A stretch of DNA of 64,000 nt from Callorhinchus milii (lineage: Eukaryota): positions 61,320,001-61,384,000 of the forward strand of contig NW_024704742.1 in NCBI RefSeq assembly GCF_018977255.1, read 5' to 3'. Shown here piece by piece: positions 1-13,849 of the stretch. Position 1 is the stretch's first letter; every line of letters begins with the position of its first letter. Below the pieces are notes generated by a model, which was not told where the DNA came from, did not search any database, and saw nothing but the letters and a program-made list of their open reading frames with translations. Made by a program: the position numbers and the translations under genes.

Positions 1-89
1 CCTTCAAATAGCCTGATGATAATCATTATCTATGCTTGTGGAAGAAGAGTTGGCATTTGCATTGGAGGTATTGCATTGCAGGCTTCTTC

Positions 90-600
90 CTCTGGAACCA
101 GTCCATAATAAAGAGGTTCTGATGTCTGTTAGCAAGGGGCAAGTAGGTGATTCTGAAAGGATAGGAGAGGGATGGGCATTGGTTCGATTAGAGATGTGGA
201 TATAGGGTCAAGAGAGAACATGGTAGGTTTCATTTGGGAGATGATAGAGGAGACTGGTCTGAAATAATAAAGATTTTCTGTTGCTTGGTAGAAAGGTGGT
301 TAGGAAAGCACTATAGATATTGACTCTTTGTGCTATATAGTTTTATGATTTTGAAGATGGTAAGGCATTTTTAAAACAAGCAGTTTTAAGTATTCTAAGA
401 TGACTTATCCTAAGTGGATTTGTTTTAATGAAGCTAGTTAAAGGCTTTAGGTTATAGAATATAGTACAGATATTTCTTCAACTCTTCTGAAGTGCAGCAA
501 CTTAAGACAAGCTCCAGCAGAGTTCTTGAGGCAAGGATTTTATTTTTAAATTAAGGATAGTGGTTTATTTAAGGAAAATGCTAGAATAGATTTCAAAAAA
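90..600 (+). mobile_element. Highly decayed CR1 endonuclease-region fragment
   Basis: gaaaggataggagagggatggg..., gagttcttgag...tttttaaat resemble CR1 ORF2. Confidence 0.45.
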
Positions 601-2502
601 GAATTAAGCAAACATTTGAAAGTAAAACATATAAAAGGGTATAGAGAAACGCAGGAGAAGAAATCTAAATGGATGACCAAGAATAAACTTTGCATTTAAT
701 ATAGCACCTTTCATGTTGGGAGGACGTCTCAAAGTGCCCTCACAGGATTTACTGTAAAGTATAGTGACTGTGTTTCCTGCAGAAAAATGCAGCAGCCAAT
801 TTGTGCACAGCAATTGAATGAAGGACCATTTTTTATAAAACTTGTAATTGATAGCCAGTACACTGAGAGAATCTTCCCTTTCTGAATAGTGTCATTGGAT
901 CTTTAATGTCGATTTGAATAGGGTGCATGGGGGCTTGAACAGAATATTCTGACTCAGAGATGAGAGTGCTACCTGCTGATACCTAAATAGTATTCCATTC
1001 TTACAAGGTTATGATCTTATATTAGAGAGTTGGCATAGGCACAATGGGAGAAATGGCCATAAGATAAATATATGTTTGTGTGTTATCTTTCTGAGAAAAG
1101 AAAAGTGACAAGTACTGTTAACAAAGACTTTGACAATATTGCTGTTAATGAACTGTTAGATACCTCTATTCCACCATCGGCAGCCATACATTCAGCCACT
1201 ATGCCCCAAAGCTCTGGAACACTCTCCCTCAATCCTTCCATCAGGCCCTCTCCTTCCCCATCTTTAAGTTGTGCCTGAAGACCTTGCTTTTCGACCATGT
1301 TTAGGTTATATAGCGCTATATAAATGGAAGTTGTTGTTATTAGATGCTGGGAATCTAAACAAAAGGACTAGAGGAAATTTAGGAAGCTATTCAGATTGCT
1401 TTTGAGTAATGAATTGATCAAAACAAAAAACCTAAAATCAAAACCTAAAATTGCCATAGTCACTACACTCAACCACAAACTGAAGCATTATTCTATACAT
1501 CTCTATCTTGTTGTCCATCAATGTGTAAAAGGGAAGCAAAGGGGAAGTATTGTTGTTGCTAGGTTGGTTGCTAGATAAAGAAAATGATCGACAATTCTGA
1601 GGATTACAGTATTTTTACTGCCTATACTGTACTTCATGCTGTTCTTTAATATGAGTGAAGAAGAAGCTGCCATGGGAACTGCAGATAACAAAGACTGGTA
1701 AAAAAATTCTCCATCTTATATGTGATGCTTCCAGGAATTTTGGACCCGAGTGATTTGAAGAATCACAATGTTTGGTTATTTTATGGGTATTTTTAAAGAG
1801 GAACTGTACGTTGCATCCTCTAGACATCTTTGTACTCAGTGTTTACATTTAGCTTTGGGGATAATATCTTCATAGGGTAGAGATGAGTCCAAAGAAAATC
1901 ATCTATGGCTTGGAACAGTTCTTGTCATAACCTTTAAGCACATGAACTGAGTTGTCAGTTCAATTCATACAAGTCATAATAATTGCAGCAGTGGATCCTT
2001 CAAGGGACCTACGCATAATGCAAAAGCTGGAGATGAAGTTTTTCCTGAGGCCTCTTCAGAGAATGGGACTGAAGAAGCTAAAGCAGCTGGTGATGCTGAA
2101 GCAGCTTGTCTCTGAGAAATTTCTATTGACACATGCTTTTATCTTTGTGGGAACAGAGTAAACTATGCACATACTCAGGCCAATGAGATCAATTAACATT
2201 GAACGTCTCATCAGAATTAAAATAAATATGATTATTAAGATAAATGTAAAAGGACATGAAAGGAAACGGACTTAGTGAAGATAGCTAAATTATAGAGCAT
2301 AGAAATGGTGATCATTATTCATAACTCGCTGCTGGAGCTATTCCAAATTGAGTAACTCATTCACATACTCTGTTGACTTCAGCATAAGTTGCATGCAGGT
2401 AAGACCCGCATTTGAATTTATTTTGTATTTAAACATTCAATTTGCTTTTACAACAACAACAACAAATTATATTTGTATTGTGCCTTTCAAGTCGGGAGTT
2501 CA

Positions 2503-2674
2503 AAAACAGAGAGAGCTGGGAACACTCAGCAGGTCAGGCAGCATCTAAGGAGAAAGGAAAGTGAGTCAACGTTTCAGGTCCTGATGAAGGGTCGTGGACC
2601 TGAAACGTTGACTCACTTTACTTTCTCTGTACATCTTGCCTGACCTGCTGAGTGTTCCCAGCGACTTCTGTTTT
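2503..2674. mobile_element. Palindromic Penelope pLTR-derived element with a hammerhead core
   Basis: ~75-bp imperfect inverted arms (gctgggaacactcagcaggtcaggca / tgcctgacctgctgagtgttcccagc); CTGATGA..GAAAC at 2581. Confidence 0.7.
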
Positions 2675-3284
2675 AGTTCCTTTATAGAGTGCTCTTTTCA
2701 ATTTGGGATTCACATATAATTGAGATGAGTTGAAAAAAAACTGCTTCTTTTGTGCTGACAGAGCAGTCTGTAGTGTATGATTATCAATGATGTTGTGGTT
2801 TCCTGCACACATGCAATTGGGTTTTGAATTTTGGATGAAATGTCAAATTTGAGTGAACTGGTTTGTCTGAAGCACACACTCAAATGTGCTTCCTAACAAC
2901 AACTTGCTCTTAAATTGTACCTTCAAGTAGAAGAAAATCTCAAAGTGCTTTACAGAGATGGAGTGGGAGTCCAAGTAGCGTGGAAGCAGGTGGCCAAAGG
3001 CTCGGTCGAAGAGGAGAGTTTTGTAACAGATTCTAAAAATCTTGATCTGAAAAGGGCGTAAAATGATCGTTCATCATTTTGACCTATATATTAGGCCTAT
3101 TACTTACCTAACAAAAGATTTTTTTAAATTATAAAATGCCATTACCAATTCTATGTTATCCAAAAAACAGAGACCAGCTGCACATCAGACGATGTTACTG
3201 CCAGTCAAATTCATATGTTCTTTAAACATCTCATCATATATAGGGCAATTCTAAAATTTCTAAGCATCTGGAGAAAAATAAACT

Positions 3285-3790
3285 CATCACAGACAGTCAA
3301 GGCGGATTCATGAAGGTGAGATCGTGTTTAATCAGTAAATTAAATTGAATAATTTAATAAATTATATGAGTTGATTACTGAGAGCATAGAGGAGGGAACT
3401 GGATTGAATGTTGTGTATATATTGACTTAGAAAGCCTTTGATAAGCTACCGCTTAAGAGATTAGTATCCAAATTTAGGAGTCACGGTATTAAAAGTAAAG
3501 TAATAGAGTGGATAGATTGGTGTTTGAGGAACAGAGTTGAGATAGTGGGAATCAATGGGTCTTTCTCAGACTGAGAGGATATAATTAGAAGTGTGCCTGA
3601 TGGCTCTATAATGGGACGTTGCTTTCAGATACATGAATAGCTTGGATCCAGGCAAAGGAGGAAATATGTCGGATGCTGATCAATAAATTGGGTGGATTGC
3701 CAAATTTTGCATAAGAATTCAGGAGGATATTGATTGATGAACAAAATGGTAAGACATGACAGGTACAATTTAATGCTGATAAATGTAAAA
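3285..3790 (+). mobile_element. Degenerate CR1 RT fragment
   Basis: aaagcctttgataag (KAFDK); tttaatgctgataaatgt. Confidence 0.7.
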
Positions 3791-3902
3791 AGTGTATCTT
3801 ATAGTGGAAGAACAGAGAGATCCAGTTGTGGGGAATATAAATACATAAATCAGGTACAGAAATCTATCAAGAAAACAAGTGAGATTGTTTTCTCTCAAAG
3901 AC

Positions 3903-3973
3903 CTGCTATATGATCTTGCACAGATTTTTTTTGCCAATCAGGACTCTGACACATGTGGAAACACAACAACATC
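3903..3973 (-). CDS. Exon (2->1) MLLCFHMCQSPDWQKKSVQDHIA(G)
   Basis: Acceptor ctctgtag; DW-x4-V-x-D resembles the Mab-21 C-lobe; weak donor gtcttt; the following exon is unresolved. Confidence 0.5.
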
Positions 3974-4516
3974 CTACAGAGTTTCCAAACCAAACCGAGT
4001 TCCATGCATCCCATCTGTATATGGAAATTCCAGAGATATTTATTGGAATGAAACAAGCATTCTGTGCCTGGAGTGACACATCCTGCTTACCTAATTCCAG
4101 ACAGTATTAGGTGTAAGTTGGCAAAAACCAAGGCTTGGGGAACCCTGAGTATGTGCTGGAGTCTAACCAGGTAAAACCACATAACTTGCCATTGAAATTG
4201 GCAAGTTTGCACTGTCGGGCAAGATTTCCTGCCGCTTGGCCTGCTAGGACCACCTTATCTGTTAGGGCTTTGGCTAACAGGAGCTGCGTGGGAAGAGTCC
4301 CTTCCCCCATTGACTGGTCACCCCTTCCAAGTCCTGCCAATGAATCAGGCTGACTGTGCTGAGGTCAGCAGTGCCCTAGAATACTGGGGTCGTACCTGGC
4401 TTAGGAACTGGACTACGGAGACTGCCACAGAACATTTTATTGCCAAACATGTCAGCTTTGAGCCTGTTCAGCTCCAAGAAGACCAGTTTACTTCCTACCC
4501 AAGGAGGATAGTAATC

Positions 4517-4615
4517 AAAAACAGAAGTGGCTGGGAACACTGAGCAGGTCAGGCAGCATCTATGAAGAAAGAAAAGTGAGTCAAAGTTTCGGGTCCACGA
4601 CCCTTCGTCAGAACT
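4517..4615 (-). mobile_element. Penelope pLTR 3' fragment with a hammerhead motif
   Basis: Reverse complement of 43215..43310; core CTGACGA-AGGGTC-GTG-GACCC-GAAAC. Confidence 0.7.
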
Positions 4616-6689
4616 TCAATTAATCTTGTCTAAGTATTTTGACATTCTTGACCTCACTGCCTTCTATGTTCTGAAACAGAATTCTGAAAACTGATCCATT
4701 GCTAAAGCAATGCCCGAGAACCTAAGTTAAATTTTTGCTTCATAATTTGTTTTCTATTCATTCTATTTCCAGCCAAAGTTAATCAAACACTTGATTACCG
4801 GTTCATAATTTCCAGAGGCTCCTGTACTAACTCTCCCATTCTCCTTGACAAAATCCAGGCAAGCTGTATCATTCAATAGGTAATCCCTTCCTCAAGTCTG
4901 ATCTTCGTTCTTCAAAATGTTTTTCCAGACTTTATTTATTGATACTATTATGGCCATTGCTCCCTTAAATTCTTCTTTATGTTTCGCCCACAAATTATAC
5001 AGTCAATTCACTTTACAGTATATTCTGTGAAGCACTTTGAGATGTTTTGAAGACATGATAAGGCACCATATCAAATGCAAGGATTATTATCCAAGTATAC
5101 TCTTAATCCTCCGTGTATCCTCAATCTGATGTAATCTATTTTCACACCACTACTCTCATTTTTTCTTTTGCAAGGACTTTTCCTTCTAATCTTCAAGTAC
5201 TCGTACAACCTTTCATCGAATGTTACCTACCTAATCTTCTCATTCCCCTACAAACCAGTCTTTCTCCAGGTCCTCACATGTGGAGCATTGAAATAGATGT
5301 GCCCACTTGAAGTAGACCCTGCTGAGCAACAAGTCAGGGTAGACTGGAGCTTTCTGTCCATCCAGTCTTACCTCCCTAATTCTCCTTACAATCCATGGTA
5401 TTTTAAAGTCCAATCTTGGTGCTTACCGATCAAGTCTTGACTTTGCATTGATTTATTTTGTTATCTCTGATGATCTCCATCATGGCCTTCAATGGGCAAT
5501 GAAATCAAATATTGTGGATATTCTGTTGGAGAATTGAGTGATACACAGACCATTGTTGTTAGCGTAGTATTTTCTAGGCTGTAAATAATACATGTTCTTA
5601 TCTCTGATAATCTTTCAAACCTTGATGGAGTGCTGAAAAATAGGCCGTGGCACTTTGCTTAGATTCTCAAAAACATTCTATGAGTTGATTATTATTTCAA
5701 TAAATCTCCCATGTAGATTCGTGATACTATCAATAATTTCGATTGACCTGACATTTCCTGGGTTATTTCTTGTGTACTGCTTAACTGGTATTACTCATGA
5801 TGGACTGTAGAGATCCATGACTTGTACTACTGCTTGTGACGCAGAGTACTTCACAGAAATCTTAGTTCTCGTATAATATGCAGAAGATTTCAGTTTGCTG
5901 TGTGTGATAATGGCCTTTTCATTGAGTGCTGAATTGGAGAATTGCAATGATTCAGAGGCCACTATTTGTTGACCTAGTGTTTTCTGGGCTATGACTAATT
6001 CACGCTTACCACTAGAAGATGCAAGTCATAAATGTTTACAATTAGTTTACTTTAATGCTACAATAACAAATTCCAATTAAATGCAGTTTTGCCATTTGGC
6101 AATGTGACATAAGAGCCCTGAGAAAGCTTATTACTGTCAGGTTTTTCAAATTAAAATTCGCTTTGAAATGTTCCTTCTTTCATTTTAAAGTGCAGAAATA
6201 AATAGTAGCTGTTAACTGTGCACTAAAACTCAATGCTAATATATTTTTAATAAAACATTGAATTTTTTTTTAAATGGGAGAGAACTTCAATGTTGTAACA
6301 AGAAAAAAAATAATTATTGTCACTGGAAATTTTTGAAGCAGCCTCCCGTGGAGTATTATCTGAGATGAAAATACTTAGAGAGTTAACAGTTTTAATGCCA
6401 GAGCTAAAATAAGTTGCAACTCTAGAGACAAAAACATTGTTATTCTTATTGAGGTAATGAGCTGGTCGGGTAACCAGGAATAAGCAGAATGTAATTCTTT
6501 TGAATTACATTATTTAAAAGGGCATGAGATAGTTATGTCACAAATAACAATTTAATAAGTCAGCAGAGATAAACAGGGAATTGGATTAGAGTGGGTAGCT
6601 CAAGCGTAGGAGATAGCTAGCATCACACAAGCATGATGGGCTGAATTGCTTCCTTCTGTGCTGAAATACTGTGATTGCTTGGTGTCAGT

Positions 6690-6870
6690 ACATCAGCAAG
6701 CAGCTCAGCCAGCTCTGGCCAATGCCACAACCGATAGGGCTGAAAAAACCCACTGATTCAACACTCACTGTCGAGGCTCAAGTGGCCACCTTGGCATGAT
6801 CAGGCTCCACACTATTCTCTTAGTGTTCCAAACAACAAGTAACAGAGAGCTGCCGAGAGGAATGCCTTCA
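6690..6870. mobile_element. Ancient LF-SINE-like fragment
   Basis: caacactcactgtcgaggctca...tggccaccttggc resembles the LF-SINE body as I recall it. Confidence 0.4.
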
Positions 6871-7693
6871 GAGAGCTAAATAAATGACACCTGGATATCG
6901 TGCCCTTAAAATCTCCAAGCTCTAACTCCAGAAGAGGCTATTTACTGCTGCAATCCCATTTTTCATACCTGACGTCTTTGTGAGTTCTTTGAGCAATGAT
7001 GCCAATTATTGTGAAGTTACTTGGTTCTACTTAGGTGTGATCCTGTGCTCAGTGAGAACTGAGTAGAGAAAGCTCACTTAGAAGATTTGTAATTACTAAA
7101 GAGAAGAGATTATTTTTAACCAATTAGTCTGAATCAAAAAGACTTTCAGGATAAAAGTGTGAAAGGACTCTGTACTAATTTATCTCACTTCACCACCCAG
7201 CCTTGCAAATCTTGTGAATCAAGGAATATATAGGTATAGGTATCTAATATGTGATAGATTTTAAGATTTATTAATACAGAACCCAGAAATAATTCTTAGT
7301 AGCTGAAAGATGCACAGCAAGGGCAGGGTGGATTGGACAGGGGACATGAAGCAGCATTAATGGAGGGTTGGGTTAGGTGAGGTAATTGAGGGATTTAAAA
7401 GTAAATCAACATTTTGCAAAAAAAAGTTGTTCAGCATTTTATTCTTTGTATTAATGAGGACATTAAAGTTTAGTCCACACTTTTTGTGTTAACATACTTA
7501 TATTTGCTTGCCATTTTAAGACTTGTATATATTTTGCACACATTTTGAATATGTTTTGTGTTCACTATTAGCTGCCATCTTCACATAATTATGAGGAACA
7601 TTTAATAATAATCTTTACATTTGGTATACCGCCTTTCATGCCAGGAGGACATCCCAAAGCAGTTCACAGGATATACTGTAAAGTGGAGAGAAA

Positions 7694-7980
7694 ATAATAA
7701 TAATAATCCTTAGATGTCTCAAAGTGCTTCACAGAATATACTGTAAAGTGGATTGACTGTATATTTGTGGGTGAAATGTGGCAGCCAATTGCGCACAGCA
7801 GTATCCCACAAACAGTCGTGAATTGAAGTGACCAAATTATTATTGTTTTTTTTTCTTGAGGGATTATTATCAGGCATGTGGAGTAAGGAAACTTGCCCAA
7901 GGTTTTGCCCTGCCGGGAATTGAACCCAGGTCTCTCACTTGTGAGGCAAGTGCTCTAACCACTGAGCTACATAACTCCAC
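7694..7980 (-). mobile_element. SINE (short subfamily, more diverged)
   Basis: tRNA head at 7910..7980; TAA tail. Confidence 0.85.
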
Positions 7981-8741
7981 ATTGTGTGAGATTGTATGTT
8001 TTGTGGGTAAACACGATAAGTATTTTGTCAACAGCAACATCTCACAAACAGGCATGGAATGAATCACCAATTTTATTTGGGGGATTGTTGGCCAGAACAC
8101 CAGGAGAACCTCTAGTTTCTTTTCAAACGTAGTTATGGGACCTTTAATGTCCACCTGAAGTAGCAGACAGAACTTTGGTTTACGTCTCATCCCAAAGGCG
8201 GAATTAAGAAATGGAGCAGTGCATTATTTGGATGAAATATTAAACGAAGGTGCCTTCAGCTTATTTTCCTCCAGTAAAATTGGTCATTTGTTTCATGGCT
8301 GTTTGTTGGACCCTATGGGCGTAAATCGTATTTGGCCACTGAATTTAAGAATATTCCTCAATTTTAAGCAATCTTTTAATTTAATGACCAAAGTGGTCCT
8401 ATGGGCTAAGACCAGGTTGAAGTTTAGGCCTCATATGCACTTCCAAATCCTATGAATGATGAACAATAGTATTTCCTTTCAGTGGAACAAGTCCAAACTA
8501 TTAACATTGGATTTTTATTTATAATGCAGGAGATACTGTAAAGTGGAGGGATTGTGTGTTTTGTGTGTGAACTCAGCAACCAGTTTGTGCACAGCAATGT
8601 CCCATAAACAGGCATACAACAACAACAACTTGCATTTATATAGCACCTTTCACATGAGGTAGCGTCCCAGAGCACATGGAGCAAATGACCAACATCCAAA
8701 CACACCATGCAAAAGCTGCCAGGTCCAGCCACAAAAATTAC

Positions 8742-8808
8742 TTCAAGAATTTCGTCTGATTTGACAAAAGATATAATGATGCACAAATCTTTGAACATTG
8801 TGAAATTT
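8742..8808 (-). CDS. Exon (1->2) (E)ISQCSKICASLYLLSNQTKFL(K)
   Basis: Acceptor tttgatgcag, donor gtaatt; phase fits both neighbours. Confidence 0.5.
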
Positions 8809-10078
8809 CTGCATCAAAGGGCCTTTGAAGGAAATGCTGAGAACATCAAAACTGATCAGGTGTGTTTTCTTTATAAAAGTCACTTTTTTTAAATGTTTTT
8901 AAATTCTTGGTTTTAGATTATTCATGTGAGACCTTACGCAGAGGTTCCAGCTGGCTGCCTTGGTGGATGTTGATGATTCCCTGGCACTGTTCCAAAACAG
9001 AAGGGTATTTCTCCTGGTGTCCTGCCCAACAATAAAACTAGTCAGAGGAGGTCACTCAGTGTGCACCGTCACTTCATAACTCTTTATAGAACATTGTTGT
9101 GTGGAAATTTGTTGCCACATTCGTCCACAAATGCACAATACTTGTACTCAACAGTAATACCTTATGAAGTACATTGACACATTCTTCAGATATGAAAGGT
9201 GCTATATCAAATGGAAGGATTATTAAATAGGATATGATGTACATGAGGTTTACTGGAGCACTGCAAGTTGCTAAAGAACATGGAAACAAATAAAGAATGG
9301 TAGCCTTTTCTACTGTGATAATGGTTTATAAACTGTTTCCTGCTTTGGGTGCTTTAGAGATTGATTCTCTTTTTCGTTTAATTAATTTTATTTGGTGTCT
9401 TTTCAAGTCTTTTTCTCTGTTCTTATGTGAGCCAATGCATTCGGCTTCTATTCCACACTGAGTAACCTTGTGCCAAACATAAGCGCACAGGGAAAAAATA
9501 AATAGAAATGGCTAACTAATTACTTCACTGAATAAGATGTGTGTCAAATGGAGAAGAAAGGAAAGCAAGGGGGATAAATAGCAGATAGAACGACATGTTT
9601 ATAGAGCAAAACACTTTTACATTGTACTTTTGGTCTTTGAAAGTTCTCTGATTGTCATACTTGTGCAATTCACTGTTTCCAGGACACTGAGCAATCAGCT
9701 AATGCAAAAAATAACATTTTATTGAGTCGTCATTGGTCCTTAGGATTCAGAAGGAAATAGATATTATGACTTTCACTTCATTTAAGCACTTAGGTGTCCC
9801 ATTATAAACATGTAACAGAATGTTTGGTCACATTAGCATGTGATAACACCTAGTTATTTTTCTTAATGTTTCTTCTTTTTTACCACCTATCCATGGCTGT
9901 GAATGTATCCCTCTTTCTTCTTCCAGTAGCAGGATACCCATTTTATCTCTGATGCCAAGACATTGGTTCAGACAAAACAGTACATGACCATTGGGTGGCA
10001 GCACCCCTTCCTGAATGCTGACCACCTGACTGCCTTGAAACACATTCTCAACACACCACCACATTTTGTCTGTTTTAC

Positions 10079-10182
10079 CTATAAAGTGTTGCAGACATTT
10101 TTTTCTGAGATCTTCTGAACTGAATTCTGCCAAAGAATGATGAAACAGGGCTTCCACATCCCAAACATATTTATTCACTTTT
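10079..10182 (-). CDS. Exon (2->1) KVNKYVWDVEALFHHSLAEFSSEDLRKKCLQHFI
   Basis: Acceptor ctctgctag, donor AG|gtaaaa; only one open frame; RKKCL as in MAB21L CRKKCL. Confidence 0.65.
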
Positions 10183-12778
10183 CTAGCAGAGGGCTTGATC
10201 TACAACAACTACAACAATAACAACTTGTATTTTATATAGCGTCCTACACACGGGGCAGCACCTAAAACAAGAAAAGCATGTCTGGGCTAAGGGAGAGGGA
10301 GTATTTAATTGCTCCCCTCAAAAAAAAATTGTGGGTAGAATGATTTTGACAGTTGGGAACCAATATTGGTGGGGAGGGGGGTAATAATACTACCAATCAG
10401 TGACCTTCAGTATATTAGAATATAGTGTTAGTCTCACACTAACCATCAGAAAGTGTGGTGATAATTTATGCTGACATTAATCATTGAATGTTGAAAAATT
10501 TACCCAATAATTCTGCAGCTAGCAAAGGATTTTAACTAAAGTTAATTGTACACCACCTATGGAAATAAGAAATCATCCTATAATGTTGACATGCCTCAAA
10601 GAGCTTCCTATGTAATTATTGGTTTCTAACCAATTGTTTGCTTACAGATTTAGTCATTTAGAAATGTAAAGGACGTTGAAACGTCTCGGCATGATAATGT
10701 GTTAAATTAAGGATTATTATCATTATTAAAAGGATTATTATTATTATAAAACACTCCCAGGTCAGTTGTATCACAGCTGGGTGTGGATTATTGGCCCAAT
10801 AGAGCACTGGTGTGACTTTGTTAACTTTGTCAAATTTCCACATTAACCATCCTGAAATCTCCCCTACTGAGTTGGCCGATTTATGCCAATGAGAAATTTG
10901 TTTTGCTGCCATAAGCCTACATTTGCTAGCAATTGGTGATATGAACTGTCCACACTCATTTACAATTGGCCCTTCCAGCCGACAAACAATGGCTATTTAG
11001 AATCTGCTACAATTTGCATTGGATTCAAATGCAGATGTGATAATCCAGTGTCTAACCCTTTATTTTGAATTTTTGATTTACTGATTTCACTTTGGAATTA
11101 TTTGAATGATGTTCGGCTGAAATCTATAGCTGATTTCTGTAATATTGTGTATTTTCTGGACTTTTTATGAATGAGTTTCAGTCCAATATATCTAATGTAT
11201 TAATTATTCAGCAAAGGTTGGACTGATGAATAATGCATTTATGATTCCCAATACAAATATTCTACTATCCCAACTATCTCGAAACTGTTGTATTGTTATT
11301 TTTTATCATTGATGTTAACATGTGTAGGAAATTCCAGTTAAAATTTTACAAAAGATCCATTCATTGTTTTCCCCTGTAAATAATTTATATTACATAAATG
11401 GCATAGTGATTCATGTTTAGTTACTTGTGCAGAAATAGACATGAAATTGGATCAGGAATGCAGGGAAATAATTAAATATTTAGAAATATTATGTTTAACT
11501 AGTTCAGTTAAAGAAATATCTATGCACAGTTAACTTCCAAAATCTACCCTGAAACACATAGTTTTAAAAAAAGAATAGTAGTTATAGGGTTTGAGATGGA
11601 GAGATTGAGTCATCAGTGTATTTTCCTTTGCAAATTGGATCAGGAATATTACTGGGAGATGTTTCCTTTGTGTAATTTAATGATGAAGTGTCAATACTGT
11701 TCATGTCGTGAAATGTAGTTATCTATTGAGAACAACAAAAACTAAACAACTTCAAAGTTCTGAAATGCTAAGAAAATAGATTAAATCTGGATCCAAGGGG
11801 ATTTCACCTCACTTGTGGGAAATTGAATGAGGAAATGCTAAACAGACCAATGGTCTGTTCCCTGCCTGAAATTGTAACAGTGTTTTATTTTAAACATATT
11901 TCTCTGCATCTTCCCCAGCTCTGTCTGCTCAGTTGACGTGCCAAGTCAGCTGTGTGAAGCTATTTGAGACATTCTCCAGATGTGAGTGGGGACCATATAA
12001 ATATAGATTGTTGTCGTTGTTTTGAAGGCGTTAATCCATAGAATATGAACATGATCATTTCCCAATCTGTAACCAATTAGATTGCAGTGAGACAATTTAT
12101 TTAACCTAAAACATATAGTACTCTGCAGGCAATTCAGTCTTCGTAGCATAGAATATATGGCCCAACAGATTACTTTACATATCCCAGTGATAGGCCTTGC
12201 TTCAGCTTTCTCTACATTCTGTTTGTATTACATCCTGCTGAGATTTAGGAGAGAAACTGTGACTCAGAATTAACACTTATATACAATATTTTTGGTTTGA
12301 GAAGTCCTTGAAGAAACCAGGAAGAGCACTTTCTACAAATTGTAAATAATAAGATAATCCATGTACTTAATAATGGCACCTTATCAAGTCATGAAAACGC
12401 CACAAAGAGCTTCACTGGGTTTTAATGTATTTTGTATGGAGATGCAGAAGCCACAGCGCTGCTTGTTGTCAGATAATTGACCAAGACACCAGGAGAAACT
12501 CAATTCTCTTTTCAAATAGTGACGTGGGATCTCTAACGTCCACCTGAACAGGCAAACAGGACCTCAGTTTAATTTTTCATCAAATTCCTGATGTGGGGCA
12601 TGAGCCCATAATCTTCTGCCTCAGAGGCGAGAATGCTACTTACTGAGCCAGGCTATCTGTCACCTATGAAAATAACAAACAATTCTCAAAAATAATTAGT
12701 AATGCCATGTTCCATTTCAGCATTATCTTGTCTAATTCAATGTGAATGGTTTGGAGGGACCTTTGACTATGTCTAAAC

Positions 12779-12833
12779 CTCTTCATCATATTCTGCATTG
12801 ATGCAATCACAATATGTACATCATTCTGTTGCT
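12779..12833 (-). CDS. Exon (1->2) (E)QQNDVHIVIASMQNMMK(R)
   Basis: Acceptor tgtgtcag, donor AG|gtttag; within ORF 12664..12846. Confidence 0.45.
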
Positions 12834-13369
12834 CTGACACAGACATTCAATCTCAATCCACATATTTCACTTAAATTCAATTTTCCACCGATTGAAGCTA
12901 GGAAAGTGAACGTCTTAAGATGGTCAGATATCTTAAAACTCATTTATATCAGAGATAATATCAGTGCAGATTAAATTCACTGCTGAGAATTTGAACACGT
13001 TAAAGTGCTACAGGTGAGAAAGTGATAGAATGTTGATGATAGACTTGGAATTAATGCTGAGCGTTTTAACATGTTTATGATTTTGAAACCTGTTTTCATG
13101 GCAATAAAAATAATTATAGGAAATAAATGGTATTTCTGAATGTAGATTTGAGCGAGTTACAGAAAATCAATGTAACAGAAGATCAGTTTTGTATCCAATT
13201 CATATTGTTACCACTACAGGCAAGATAATATCAACACTTTGCATTTAAATAGCGCCTTCACATAGTGTAACATCTTGGAGTGCTTCGGAGGAATGCACTG
13301 AACAAGTACGAGGAGTAGGGGGACAAGGGGTTGTTTGTGAGCATAAGTGGCAGCCTTGACAATTGCGGG

Positions 13370-13840
13370 GCACCATCAGTATCAGAATAGAAGACACGTG
13401 TGGTTGGCTTCAGATCAGATTTACATAGAGCAATTAAGTAGAAGGGCATATACAGACCTACAGCCACACCTTCGTCACCTCAAGATTCAAATTGCAATTC
13501 CCTCCTCAGCAAGCTTCATAGCTCCTTCCCACACTACCTGTAGATAATCCAGACACCTTCCACACCAGGCTCCATGAGCCCATCATCCACTTCGTGCTTG
13601 ATTCCACTGGCTCACCATTCCCCAGCGAATCAGATACAAAATTCTCATCCTCACTTTCAAATGTCTCCACAGTTTTACTGCATCCTACCTCTGTGATCAC
13701 GTGCAATCCTGATACGCTGGCTGCTGCCTCCATTCAGCAAACGTGTGCCTCATACCGCTGACTGCTCCATTGGTGGGCAAATTTTCACACATCCTGCCCC
13801 CTTCCTCTGGAACTCCATCCTGGAATTCCTCCACCATAAC
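13370..13840 (+). mobile_element. Degenerate L2 3' fragment
   Basis: cacctcaagattcaa..., ccactggctc... similar to the L2 3' ORF. Confidence 0.65.
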
Positions 13841-13849
13841 CCAGGGTGG

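Noticed and set aside
1615..3270. Terminal exons of the gene (ORF 1615..1827, acceptor at about 3268)
   Set aside because: There is no phase-1-compatible open reading after the 3903 exon, so this is left unresolved.
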